From Rhodospirillales bacterium (GTDB lineage Bacteria > Pseudomonadota > Alphaproteobacteria > Rhodospirillales > 2-02-FULL-58-16): a stretch of 57,162 nucleotides of DNA. A program made the position numbers and the translations under genes. The DNA is taken from assembly GCA_036012725.1 (NCBI GenBank), contig DASCPW010000052.1, positions 1 through 57,162 on the forward strand, given 5' to 3'. The notes under the pieces are model-generated. The model searched no databases. It was not told where the DNA came from and worked only from the letters and a program-made list of their open reading frames with translations. Positions 1 to 15,966 of the stretch are shown here, one piece after another. Numbering within the stretch: the stretch's first letter is position 1; every line of letters starts with the position of its first letter.

Positions 1-408
1 GCGCATGGACAGGTCCAATTCGTTGTCTGCCAGAACCAGTGAAACATCGATGTCGGGATAGAGGTTGAGGAACTCCTTGATGCGCGAAGTCAGCCACACC
101 GAGCCAAAAGCAACCGTCGTGGTAATCTTCAAAGGACCCTGTGGACGTTCCCGGCTATCCCTGAGCCGGGCCTCGGCCATGATCAACTTATTGGAAACTT
201 CCTGTGTCGCTCGGTAGAGAACTTCTCCCTGTTCGGTGAGGATCAGGCCACGGGCATGGCGGTGAAAGAGGGATACTTTGAGACTTTCCTCCAACCCGCC
301 GACCTGCCGGCTGACCGCCGATTGGCTGAGATTGAGCGTCTCACCGGCATGGGTGAAACTACCGGCATCAGCGACCACTTGGAAGACGCGGAGCTTATCC
401 CAATCCAT
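1..408 (-). CDS. LysR-family transcriptional regulator, N-terminal part (gene runs off the left edge of the window)
   Basis: My own minus-strand translation from the ATG at 408-406 gives MDWDKLRVFQVVADAGSFTHAGETLNLSQSAVSRQVGGLEESLKVSLFHRHARGLILTEQGEVLY..., a typical LysR winged-HTH N-terminus. It is absent from the ORF track because there is no stop inside the window. Confidence 0.85.
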   Translation of the reverse strand, partial: MDWDKLRVFQVVADAGSFTHAGETLNLSQSAVSRQVGGLEESLKVSLFHRHARGLILTEQGEVLYRATQEVSNKLIMAEARLRDSRERPQGPLKITTTVAFGSVWLTSRIKEFLNLYPDIDVSLVLADNELDLSMR

Positions 409-412
409 GACG

Positions 413-1390
413 TTACCCACCCTCTCTGGCCGGGTCACGCGCGGCCGTAAAGTGTTCGCCCAGGAACCGTTCCGCTTGCAAGGCGCTCATGCAACCCGTG
501 CCGGCGGCGGTGATTGCTTGCCGATAGATCTTGTCCTGAACATCGCCGGCGGCGAAGACACCGGGAACGGAGGTGGCGGTGCTGTCCGGCAGGGTAATGA
601 TGTAGCCGTCCCCATCCAGGTCCAACTGGCCTTTGAAAAGGTCCGTATTGGGGGTGTGGCCAATGGCGATAAAAACACCATCGACGGCGAGTTCGCTCAT
701 CGCACCCGACTTCACGTTCTTGACTTTGAGCCCGGTGACGCCGGGTGGGGTGCCCGAGCCCAAGATTTCTTCGGGTACGCTGTCCCACATCACCTCGGCC
801 TTGTTGTTAAGGAACAAGCGGTCCTGGAGGATTTTGTCGGCCCTCAGTTCATCGCGGCGGTGGATAACCGTCACTTTGGTGGCATGGTTAGTGAGATAAA
901 CCGCCTCTTCAACCGCCGTATTGCCGCCGCCAATGACTGCCACCTCCTTGCCGCAAAAAAAGAAGCCGTCGCAGGTGGCGCAAGCGGAAACGCCAAAACC
1001 CTTGAACTTTTCCTCGCTTTCAAGGCCAAGCCAACGGGCACTGGCACCGGTGCAGATGATAAGGGTGTCGCCAGTGTAGATATCGCCGGAATCCCCTTTC
1101 AACGTAAACGGAGATTGGCCAAGCTCCGCCTCGACGATGGTGTCGTCGAACATGGCGGCGCCGACGTTTGCCGCTTGTGAATGCATTTGTTCCATCATCC
1201 ACGGCCCTTGTACCGGCTCGGCATAGCCGGGGTAATTCTCAACCTCGGTGGTGATGGTCAGTTGACCACCCGGTTGCAACCCCTTGACCAAAACCGGTTC
1301 GAGGTTGGCGCGGGCGGCATACATGGCCGCGGTATACCCGGCCGGACCCGAACCTACGATCAGGACTTTGCTATGGTGACAGGTCGGCAT
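413..1390 (-). CDS. trxB: thioredoxin-disulfide reductase
   Basis: 325-aa ORF with the FAD motif GSGPAGYTAA, the redox-active CATCDG motif and a second Rossmann motif GGGNTAVEEA. Typical TrxB length. Confidence 0.95.
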   Translation of the reverse strand: MPTCHHSKVLIVGSGPAGYTAAMYAARANLEPVLVKGLQPGGQLTITTEVENYPGYAEPVQGPWMMEQMHSQAANVGAAMFDDTIVEAELGQSPFTLKGDSGDIYTGDTLIICTGASARWLGLESEEKFKGFGVSACATCDGFFFCGKEVAVIGGGNTAVEEAVYLTNHATKVTVIHRRDELRADKILQDRLFLNNKAEVMWDSVPEEILGSGTPPGVTGLKVKNVKSGAMSELAVDGVFIAIGHTPNTDLFKGQLDLDGDGYIITLPDSTATSVPGVFAAGDVQDKIYRQAITAAGTGCMSALQAERFLGEHFTAARDPAREGG

Positions 1391-1611
1391 GGCGGCGGCG
1401 TTCCTTAGGTTCCGTCAATGGTCAGGTAACAGTCTTGGTGATTCCCCACAAGTCGGAACCCGTAAAATACGAACCCGGCGGACAAGGCGCAAGCAGCGGC
1501 TCCCGCCGATATCAAATGAAGTAGACGTGAACTGGATATGATGTGGCCTTGGCATGGCGCCGCCGCCATCGTAATATAATTGCGCGGGCCACGGACTAAG
1601 AGAAAAATCGT

Positions 1612-2094
1612 ATGCAAAAAGTCAAGCTGGACAGCATCGACCGCCGGATTCTCCATGACCTGCAAGCAGACGGCCGCATCACCAACGTGAAACTGGCCCG
1701 CCGTGCCGGTATTTCCGCGCCGCCGTGTCTACGGCGGGTGCGGGCGCTGGAAGAGGCCGGATACATTCGCGGCTACCACGCTGATCTGGAAGCCAAGGCC
1801 CTGGGCTACAACGTCACCGTATTCGCCCAAGTCGGCCTCAACTCACAGGCCGAACCGGATCTGGAGGCTTTTGAGGAAAGAGTCCGGCAATGGCCCGAGG
1901 TCTGCGAATGCCACATGCTGGCGGGCGAGACCGATTTTCTTTTGAAAGTGGTTGCCGGGGACTGGGATGCCTATCAGCGGTTCCTAACCACTCAGCTCAC
2001 CGCCGCTCCCAATGTCAACCATGTCAAATCGGCGCTTTCCATCCGCACCTCCAAGTGCCTTGCCGGTGTTCCCATTAGCAAAGGCGGAGAATGA
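1612..2094 (+). CDS. Lrp/AsnC-family transcriptional regulator
   Basis: 160-aa ORF. The N-terminal HTH (LDSIDRRILHDLQADGRITNVKLARRAGIS) and the C-terminal AsnC/RAM ligand domain pattern are present. Divergent from trxB. Confidence 0.9.
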   Translation: MQKVKLDSIDRRILHDLQADGRITNVKLARRAGISAPPCLRRVRALEEAGYIRGYHADLEAKALGYNVTVFAQVGLNSQAEPDLEAFEERVRQWPEVCECHMLAGETDFLLKVVAGDWDAYQRFLTTQLTAAPNVNHVKSALSIRTSKCLAGVPISKGGE

Positions 2095-2653
2095 CAGAGG
2101 CGGCAACGCCCAGCTGCCTGAAACAAGCAACCCTGATTTTAAGAAAGACCTAATGTCTAGGGGTTTTCCGCCGGCAGGCGGCAAGGGCGGCGGCTAAAGC
2201 GGTTTGCCAATGGTCAACGGTGAAACCAGATTTCGTCAGCAGCCGGGGCAAATCGAGAGCGTATTCCTTGGAGTAATCGGTTGTCACCGGCTTGGGAGTG
2301 AAAAACGGCATGGCTGCTCTCCTCTCTTTGGCTCACTTCCCGCCTGCGAGAAGCGTGGAGGAGAGCTTCTCCTGCGGACCCGGAGCAGCGCTTTTGGATG
2401 TGAAATTTCAGCGCTTCGATAGATGGCCCGGCCCGGTCATCGATAATACACAATTAATCTTATCAAGTATATAACTTATATGTTTCAATGTGTTGATGTG
2501 AATACACTATTCTTTTGAAAAAAGAATAATCTCTTCTATATGCAGAATATTTTCCTTGTTTAATTCTAATTTCACGGCATTAACGACGACAGGCTGGCAT
2601 TCCCTTTCGGCCGCCGCTAAAACTCATATCGGAATGTTACCCGTGAATGTGAG

Positions 2654-4783
<2,130 letters not shown>

Positions 4784-4819
4784 AGCCTGTCCGAAAATCT
4801 GGAGGCAATCATTTTTATC

Positions 4820-5323
4820 TCACTGCCCGAGCAATTCGGGGCTGGCCATCCATGCGATGGCCCAGTCGCCTGTTTCTCCGTTATGTTCCAGGCAAAGGAC
4901 GGTTCCCGGCGTGAAAGCGACGACGCCGACCTCCTCGGCGCCGGCGACCAGCAGCGAAGCCAGCTTACCCATGAATGGCAAATGCCCGACCAGCATCGCA
5001 TCACCCGCCGCCTCGACGCCGGATGCCACGTCCTCAAGCCAGTTGCCGATGGCCTGGACGAAAAGATCGGTTGAATTGTTTGGCGCCAAACCGGCCGCCG
5101 CCTCTTCGATTTCCGTCCCTGGACTGACGACGTCGGCAAGAAACCTGGCGGTTTCCCTGGCCCGCGTCTTGCCGCTGTGAATCACTCGCCCTACCCGCAT
5201 GCGACCGCGCCCCAGGAAAGCGGCGACACGCTGGATGTCGGCAAGACCTTTGTCGCTTAAAGGCCGTTCGGGGTTTTCCGCCTCCCCAAATGCCTCCGCG
5301 TGTTGGACCAGATAAAGGCGCAT
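4820..5323 (-). CDS. histidine phosphatase family protein, SixA-like phosphohistidine phosphatase
   Basis: 167-aa ORF with SixA-like size and layout (N-terminal LYLVQHAEA, SGKTRARET, VGHLP). It starts 7 nt downstream of atpC on the same strand. The catalytic R-H-G/A motif reads Q-H-A here. Confidence 0.7.
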   Translation of the reverse strand: MRLYLVQHAEAFGEAENPERPLSDKGLADIQRVAAFLGRGRMRVGRVIHSGKTRARETARFLADVVSPGTEIEEAAAGLAPNNSTDLFVQAIGNWLEDVASGVEAAGDAMLVGHLPFMGKLASLLVAGAEEVGVVAFTPGTVLCLEHNGETGDWAIAWMASPELLGQ

Positions 5324-5330
5324 TTTTCAC

Positions 5331-5762
5331 TTACTGATTTTCAGGCCCCTTGGCGGCGCCTTCGGCGGCCGCCAACATCGCTTCGGCCAGCTCCATCCGG
5401 CGCTCGGCATTCTTGGCCTCTTCGCTGCCGGCCTCGGCACCGTCCAGGTGTTCACGGGCGGCGTTGAGGCGCTCTTCGGTTTGCGCCCGATCGATCTCGG
5501 AGACCGGCACCGCTTCCTCGGCCAGCAGGACGCAGCCATCGGGCGAGACCTCGGCAAAACCACCGGCGACGAAGATGCGTTCGCCGACCTTGCCGCCCTG
5601 GTAAACATCGACAGTGCCGGGACGGACGGCGGAGATCAGCGGGGCGTGCCCCGGCAGGACTCCGAAGTCGCCCTCGCTTCCCGGAATCACCACCATTTCC
5701 ACAGGCTCGGCGAGAAGCAATTTCGCCGGCGTGATCAACTCGAATTCGACAATGTCCGCCAT
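5331..5762 (-). CDS. atpC: F0F1 ATP synthase subunit epsilon
   Basis: 143-aa ORF at the last position of the atpHAGDC operon, with a typical epsilon N-terminal beta-sandwich sequence (ELITPAKLLL...VVIPGSEGDFGVLPGHAPL). Confidence 0.93.
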   Translation of the reverse strand: MADIVEFELITPAKLLLAEPVEMVVIPGSEGDFGVLPGHAPLISAVRPGTVDVYQGGKVGERIFVAGGFAEVSPDGCVLLAEEAVPVSEIDRAQTEERLNAAREHLDGAEAGSEEAKNAERRMELAEAMLAAAEGAAKGPENQ

Positions 5763-5791
5763 TCATGTCTCCGTTTACGGAAAAGCCGACA

Positions 5792-8157
<2,366 letters not shown>

Positions 8158-8189
8158 GGATCGCCACTCAGTCTATCTCTGTGATCAGC

Positions 8190-10279
<2,090 letters not shown>

Positions 10280-10659
10280 CTGGGAGTTTCCTTAGGTTTC
10301 TCGTTGATGCTGGAAATGAAGTAGCGCGCGGGTTCCCGGCGGAACATACCTCTTCCCTCGCCCTAACGTCGGCGTATCTAGCACACCCGCTGTTGCCTTG
10401 CAAGCCGTCTCCCGGCTGGCGCGAGCCCAAAAATAGCGGGATTCCGCGCCTGATCGGGAAGAGAAGGCAAGTATTAGTGACGAGCCCTTTAAGCGGCTCC
10501 CGCGAGGCCTGGTGGGGGCGATGCAATCGTGACACAAATCACAATGTCCCCACCGAAATATGGCTATTGTTGATAATGGTCGTCTGTTTGAAAGAAACGT
10601 AAAAATCTTTAAGTTCAAGCCATGGCCTTAAGTAGCAAAAAACAGTAATCACAGACATA

Positions 10660-11245
10660 ATGATGAAGGACACTTTACCGCTCCCCCCGGAGCTCGCCGA
10701 ACTCTTTTTTATCATTATCGACGACAGCCGATACTCAAGAGAGATCACCAGAAACGCCCTCTACGCGTACGGCATGCGCAATGTGGTCGAGGTGGATGAC
10801 GGTATTGCCGCGCCCAAGGTTCTGCAAAAAAACGCATATCGACGTGATCCTGGTGAACTACGAATTACCGCGGAAGATGACCGGCATCGATTTTACTATG
10901 CGAGTTCGCCGCTGTGAGGACATCCCCAACCCCGAAATCCTTCTCATCATGCTTTCAGAGAGCTCGGAAAAAGGCAAAATTATCGCTGCCCGCAATGCCG
11001 ACGTTCACGAATTTTTGGCCAAGCCTTTCTCTCCGCAAGTCCTTTACAGGCACCTCCGGACCAATATTCTCAAACCTCGTAGGTTTCTGCGCACCAAAAC
11101 CTACGTCGGTCCGGACCGCCGCTGGGAAAACGCCGGTTCGCCGGACGGAGTCGAGCGGCGCAAGGGCCACGGCTACTACACCCCGGCGGAATTCCCGTTT
11201 ACAAAAAACTATAGGGGTCTACGTCCACTTGCACACGCACCTTAG
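10660..11245 (+). pseudogene. single-domain CheY-like response regulator, reading frame broken at an A7 tract (10826-10832)
   Basis: Two overlapping ORFs (10660-10917 and 10781-11245) together spell one receiver domain: FFIIIDDS...EVDDGIAAPKVLQK | THIDVILVNYELPRKMTGIDF...LIMLSE...AKPF. Removing one A from the A7 run fuses them into a product of about 194 aa. Confidence 0.75.
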
Positions 11246-13406
11246 GCGGTAGTCTGACGGCATTCAGCCAACAACGAACCAGCGGCTGCACCGTGATATC
11301 CTTGCGCGCCTTAAGAAGCAGTCTTTGCCGGTGGCGTCCGCGTAAAAGAGCAAGCGGCGCCGGCGCCGGCCCCAATACGGCAATGCCCTCGGCATTCGGC
11401 GCCGCCCGGCCCAATGCGCCTGCCGCCCGTTCGACTGTCCGCTCGTCGGGACCGGAAACAATAAGCGCCGTCAGCCGGCCGAAAGGCGGCATGCCGGTTT
11501 GCTCCCGATCCGCCGCCTCCGCTTCCAGGAAACGGTTCCTCTCACCGCTGGCAAGGGCCAGCATCACCTTGTTGTCCGGCATGTAGGTCTGTAGCAAGAC
11601 ACGTCCCGGACGCGCCTCGCGCCCGGCCCGGCCGGCCACCTGATGGAGCAACTGATAGGTCCGCTCCGTCGCCCGCAAATCGCCGCCGGCAAGGCCTAGG
11701 TCCGCGTCCACCACCCCGACCAGGGTGAGCAGGGGAAAATGATATCCCTTGGCGACGATCTGGGTGCCGATCAAAAGGTCGGTATCGCGTTCCTCGATGC
11801 CGCGCACCAACTCCGCCGCGGCGCGTGGCCCGCGGATGTTGTCGCTGGTGGCGATGGCCAGGCGGATACCGGGAAAATGGGCCGAGGCCTCCTCGGCCAA
11901 ACGCTCGACACCGGGTCCGCAGGCGACAAGGCTGTCTTCTTCCTCGCAGGCCGGACACCGCCCGGGGACCGCGATTATGAAACCGCAATGATGACATTGC
12001 AGGCGTCCCCGGGTGCTTTCCCGGAACCGGTGCTCGACCAGCCAGGCGGTACAACGCGGGCAATGCAGGCGATGACCGCAGGCCCGGCACAGGGTCAGCG
12101 GCGCATAACCTCGGCGGTTGAGAAACAGCATCGCCTGCTCGCCCTGGGAAAACGCCATTTCCAACGCCTGGAGCAGGACCGGCGACAACCAATTGCCATG
12201 AGGCGGGAGATCGGCTCGCATGTCGATAATGCTCACCTCTGGCAGCTTGGCGCCGGCGTGGCGGTCCGGCAGGTGAAGGCCGGCGTAACGCCCCATTTTC
12301 ACATTGACCACGGTTTCCAGCGACGGCGTTGCTGAAACCAGGAGCAACGGAATTTCGCTCATCTGCGCCCGCACCACCGCCATGTCGCGGGCATTGTAGA
12401 TGACACCGTCTTCTTGCTTGAAAGAGGCGTCGTGTTCCTCGTCGATAACGATTAGCCCGAGATCTGAGAACGGCAGGAATAAGGCTGAACGCGCTCCCAC
12501 CACCACATCCGCCCGCCCCTCGGCCACCGCCCGCCAAGTCCGCCGCCGGGTACTCATCGGCAGGTCGGAATGCCACTGGCCGGGCTCGACCCCGAAGCGA
12601 TCCTTGAAGCGTCTGAGCCATTGGGCGCCAAGGGCAATTTCAGGTAACAACACCAGAACCTGGCGACCCCGGCGCAAAGCCTCGGCGACGGCCTGGAAAT
12701 AGACTTCCGTCTTGCCCGATCCCGAAACACCGTCAAGAAGTGTGACCCCGAAACCGCCCTGTTTCATCTTGTCCGTTAAATTTTTCGCGGCATCCGCCTG
12801 TGAAGGCGAGAGAGCCGGACCGGGATGGCGCCAATCAGCGGCGGCGGGCGCGGTGGCGGGAAGATCAACGGCGACGATCGCGCCCGTTTCGGCGAGGCTC
12901 CGAATGACACCGCTTCCCGTCGCCGCCAGGCGGGCTAGTTCGCTGGTGGCACGGGGCGGTCCGACGGCCAAGGCATCAAGGATTCGCCGCCGCGCGGAGG
13001 TCATCCGGATCTTCGGCCGTTCACCGGCCAAAACAAAAGCCGTGGGGGCCTGACTCGGACGCAGGGCGGCGGGAACGCTCATCGCCATCTTAAGAACGGC
13101 GCCGGGTGGCGACAAGGTATAGGCGGCGACCCAATCGACAAAGCGCCGCAGAACATCAGGCAAGGGCGGCGTCTTCAGTCGCTTTGAGACATCTTTTAGT
13201 TTCGCCGCCGCCACGGAACCCGAGCCCGTCCCCCAGACCACGCCCAAGGTCCGGCGCCGCCCGAGGGTCACTTCGACGAAGTCTCCCGGCGCAAGCTCCA
13301 TCCCTTCGGCCACCCGGTAGTCGTATGCCCCGGCGAGCGGCAGCGGCAGCAAGACGCTGATGCGCTGGCCGGGCGGGTAGCGGGAACTGGCGCCGAATTC
13401 AAGCAT
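11199..13406 (-). CDS. priA: primosomal protein N' (replication restart helicase)
   Basis: 735-aa ORF with Walker [12 protein letters not shown], a DEEH box (VIDEEHD) and Cys-rich zinc fingers ([13 protein letters not shown] ... CHHCG ... CPAC). Confidence 0.96.
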   Translation of the reverse strand: MLEFGASSRYPPGQRISVLLPLPLAGAYDYRVAEGMELAPGDFVEVTLGRRRTLGVVWGTGSGSVAAAKLKDVSKRLKTPPLPDVLRRFVDWVAAYTLSPPGAVLKMAMSVPAALRPSQAPTAFVLAGERPKIRMTSARRRILDALAVGPPRATSELARLAATGSGVIRSLAETGAIVAVDLPATAPAAADWRHPGPALSPSQADAAKNLTDKMKQGGFGVTLLDGVSGSGKTEVYFQAVAEALRRGRQVLVLLPEIALGAQWLRRFKDRFGVEPGQWHSDLPMSTRRRTWRAVAEGRADVVVGARSALFLPFSDLGLIVIDEEHDASFKQEDGVIYNARDMAVVRAQMSEIPLLLVSATPSLETVVNVKMGRYAGLHLPDRHAGAKLPEVSIIDMRADLPPHGNWLSPVLLQALEMAFSQGEQAMLFLNRRGYAPLTLCRACGHRLHCPRCTAWLVEHRFRESTRGRLQCHHCGFIIAVPGRCPACEEEDSLVACGPGVERLAEEASAHFPGIRLAIATSDNIRGPRAAAELVRGIEERDTDLLIGTQIVAKGYHFPLLTLVGVVDADLGLAGGDLRATERTYQLLHQVAGRAGREARPGRVLLQTYMPDNKVMLALASGERNRFLEAEAADREQTGMPPFGRLTALIVSGPDERTVERAAGALGRAAPNAEGIAVLGPAPAPLALLRGRHRQRLLLKARKDITVQPLVRCWLNAVRLPPKVRVQVDVDPYSFL

Positions 13407-13479
13407 GGGCTACACTTTAACGATTCGTTTTCTATTCGCGAATTAGGTTTGTTGCCGGTGACCAGTGAGATGCAGGAAC

Positions 13480-14211
13480 ATGACCGCGACTAACGACAAA
13501 GCGGCGATTACGAAAACGGTTAATTCCGTCGCCGGTGAACTCAGCGCCGAGCAAGTCGGTGAATACTTGCGTGGCCATCCCGAGCTGTTTGCCGATCATC
13601 CCGAGCTTTTGGAATCGCTTATGGTGCCGTCACGGTGGGGCGGTGACAGCGTGGTTGATTTCCAACATGCCATGGTCGAGCGTTTACGTGATGAAATCGA
13701 TTGCTTGCGCGACTGCGCCCAAGACGTCATCGAGACCTGCCGCGTCAACATGGGCAACCAGACCCGTATCCACGGCGCCGTTCTCACCCTGCTGGAGGCA
13801 ACCGACTTCGAGCAAATGGTCAGGGTCATTGTCGACGACTTGCCGTTGCTTCTCGGCGTTGACGTGGTCGCCATCGGCTTTGAAGCGGAACATCCACCGG
13901 CCATTGGACTGGTCTCGCCCGACATCCGCCGATTTGACGCCGGTACCGTGGACCGGTTTTTGGGCAATGACCAGAAGATTCTTTTAGTGCGCCAAATGAA
14001 CGACGATGGGACCGTTTTCGGCACCGCCTCGGGACTGGCGCGCTCGGCGGCGTTGGCCCGGCTGCATTCGGGCCCGGTCACTCCCGAGGGATTGCTGGCG
14101 ATGGGTTCCCGCGAAAGCGCCTTTCACCCCGGCCAGGGCACCGAGTTGATCGCCTTTCTGGCAAGGGTGGTGGAACATCGCATCCATGAATGGCGCGGAA
14201 AGCCTATATGA
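13480..14211 (+). CDS. DUF484-family protein (GAF-like), usual partner of xerC
   Basis: ORF 13465-14211; the likely start is the ATG at 13480 (MTATNDK...). The DUF484-like N-terminus is LSAEQVGEYLRGHPELFADHPELLESL. Its stop overlaps the xerC start as ATGA. Confidence 0.8.
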   Translation: MTATNDKAAITKTVNSVAGELSAEQVGEYLRGHPELFADHPELLESLMVPSRWGGDSVVDFQHAMVERLRDEIDCLRDCAQDVIETCRVNMGNQTRIHGAVLTLLEATDFEQMVRVIVDDLPLLLGVDVVAIGFEAEHPPAIGLVSPDIRRFDAGTVDRFLGNDQKILLVRQMNDDGTVFGTASGLARSAALARLHSGPVTPEGLLAMGSRESAFHPGQGTELIAFLARVVEHRIHEWRGKPI

Positions 14212-15140
14212 CCCCTTATGCCGCCGAGCCCGCCGTGCTCCGGGCCATCATGGATTGGCGGGCTTGGCTGGCCCATGAAAGACGCATGTCCACGCACACG
14301 CTCGACGCCTATGGCCGCGATCTGGCGGCTTTCCTCGATTTTGTCGCCGAACATCTGGGCTTCGCTCCCGGACTGCGGGATCTGGAAAACCTGACGACTA
14401 CCGATTTTCGAGGTTATCTCGCCAAACGCAACACCTTCGGCCTGGCCCGCACATCGACGGCGAGGGCAATGTCCTGCTTGCGCGGATTTTTTCACTTTTT
14501 GGACCATAACGGCATCGCCCACAACGCCGCCATCGGCGCGGTGCGGACACCAAAAATACCGCAATCCTTGCCCAAGGCGCTGTCGGAAGAGGAGGCCCTG
14601 GACGCGCTCGGCGCCATCGGGGATTTGAGTGACGAGCTCTGGATCGGCAAACGAGACACGGCGCTCATTACCATGCTCTACGGTTGCGGGCTGCGTGTCG
14701 GCGAGGCCCTGGCCTTGAACAGAGGGCAAGCGCCGAAAAGCGAAACCATGGTCGTCACCGGCAAAGGCAGCAAGCAACGCCTGGTGCCGGTCCTGCCCAT
14801 CGTCGCCAACGCCATCGGCAACTATCTCGCCGCCTGCCCCCATGCCTTGGGCAACGACGACCCGCTGTTCGTCGGCGCCCGCGGCAAAAGGCTGAACCCG
14901 GGCATCGCCCAGCGGCAGATGCGGCGCTTGCGGGCGCGGCTTGGCCTTGCCGAAACAGCGACACCACACGCGCTCCGGCACAGTTTCGCCACCCACCTTC
15001 TTTCCGGCGGCGGCGACCTACGCACCATCCAGGAGCTTTTGGGTCACGCCTCGCTGTCCACCACCCAGCGCTACACCGCCGTTGACGCCGGACGGATCGT
15101 CCAAGTATACCGCTCGGCCCACCCTCGGGCTCGCCGCTAA
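14208..15140 (+). CDS. xerC: tyrosine recombinase XerC
   Basis: Catalytic motifs ALRHSFATHLL and LLGHASLSTTQRYT are present, along with an N-terminal SAM-like core-binding domain. The ATG at 14208 overlaps the DUF484 stop (ATGA); the track ORF starts at 14190. Confidence 0.9.
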   Translation: MTPYAAEPAVLRAIMDWRAWLAHERRMSTHTLDAYGRDLAAFLDFVAEHLGFAPGLRDLENLTTTDFRGYLAKRNTFGLARTSTARAMSCLRGFFHFLDHNGIAHNAAIGAVRTPKIPQSLPKALSEEEALDALGAIGDLSDELWIGKRDTALITMLYGCGLRVGEALALNRGQAPKSETMVVTGKGSKQRLVPVLPIVANAIGNYLAACPHALGNDDPLFVGARGKRLNPGIAQRQMRRLRARLGLAETATPHALRHSFATHLLSGGGDLRTIQELLGHASLSTTQRYTAVDAGRIVQVYRSAHPRARR

Positions 15141-15149
15141 CCCCGCCAC

Positions 15150-15923
15150 TCACTTCTTTTTCGGCAGGCACCGCAGCAGAGTCCCGCTGATCGCCGCCGG
15201 CAGGGCGGCGATCAGCCACATGACGGCGGCCATTGGCAAGGGGAAGGCGATACGCGCCTTATCCCGGGAAAGGCCATGTTTTATTTTCCGCGCCGCCTTG
15301 TCCGCCGTCATCAGGAATGGCATGGGAAAAGCGTTGTTGGCGGTTATGCGGGTCTTGACATAACCGGGACAGATCACCGAAACCCGGATGTTGTCTACTT
15401 TGAGCCAGCCGTGGAGAGCTTCGCCATAGACCTTCACCGCCGCCTTACTGGCCGAATAAGCGGGTGCCCCGGGCAGGCCGATGAACCCGGCAAGCGAACT
15501 CATGATGGCGATTTGGCCGCTTTTGCGTTGCCGCATCAGGGCCATGGTGGGGAGCACCGTGTTCAAAACCCCAGCCATGTTGACGGCAAAGATTTCGCGG
15601 ACCTGGTCCTCGTCCTCGCCATGCCCGCCGGCGCCGCCCGAAATGCCGGCATTGGCGACCACCAGATCGAGGGGATGTTCGCCGTCGACGCGTTCGATCC
15701 ATTTGGCCATGGCGTTCCGGTCCTTGACATCGATAACCTCGGCGATGACCTGGGCGCCGCGCCGGCGGCAGGTCTCGGCGACTGCCAGCAGGCGTTCCTT
15801 GTCGCGTCCCGAGATGGCCAGGGAAATACCGGGTCCGGCATAAAGACGGGCCAGCCCGGCGCCGATGCCGCTGGAAGCGCCGGTGATCAGGATAGAACGC
15901 GGTTCGTTCCGTTGTTCGCTCAT
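15150..15923 (-). CDS. SDR-family oxidoreductase
   Basis: Contains the TGASSGIG cofactor motif and the YSASK catalytic motif. The start is ambiguous (15947 or 15923); 15923 puts the glycine motif at the usual distance from the N-terminus. Confidence 0.85.
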   Translation of the reverse strand: MSEQRNEPRSILITGASSGIGAGLARLYAGPGISLAISGRDKERLLAVAETCRRRGAQVIAEVIDVKDRNAMAKWIERVDGEHPLDLVVANAGISGGAGGHGEDEDQVREIFAVNMAGVLNTVLPTMALMRQRKSGQIAIMSSLAGFIGLPGAPAYSASKAAVKVYGEALHGWLKVDNIRVSVICPGYVKTRITANNAFPMPFLMTADKAARKIKHGLSRDKARIAFPLPMAAVMWLIAALPAAISGTLLRCLPKKK

Positions 15924-15966
15924 GCGTGTTATAACCGCCGTCCCCATGGCAGTATCGAGAACTCAC

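Noticed and set aside
2632-2650. The GAATGT-N7-GAATGT direct repeat in front of uvrB, considered as an alphaproteobacterial LexA (SOS) box.
   Set aside because: The alphaproteobacterial SOS box is a GTTC-N7-GTTC (GAAC-N7-GAAC) direct repeat. Here the tetramer is GAAT and the repeat period is 13 rather than 11, so it does not match.
10823-10835. The A_AAA_AAC heptamer at the response-regulator frameshift, considered as a programmed -1 ribosomal frameshift site.
   Set aside because: The heptamer is in the correct phase for -1 slippage. However, the -1 frame hits TGA after four codons, and the frame that continues the receiver domain is +1. A canonical -1 PRF therefore cannot rescue the gene.
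14208-15140. The tyrosine recombinase, considered as a phage or island integrase.
   Set aside because: It is preceded by, and translationally coupled to, a DUF484 gene, and it has XerC-type motifs and length. This is the housekeeping dif-site recombinase arrangement.
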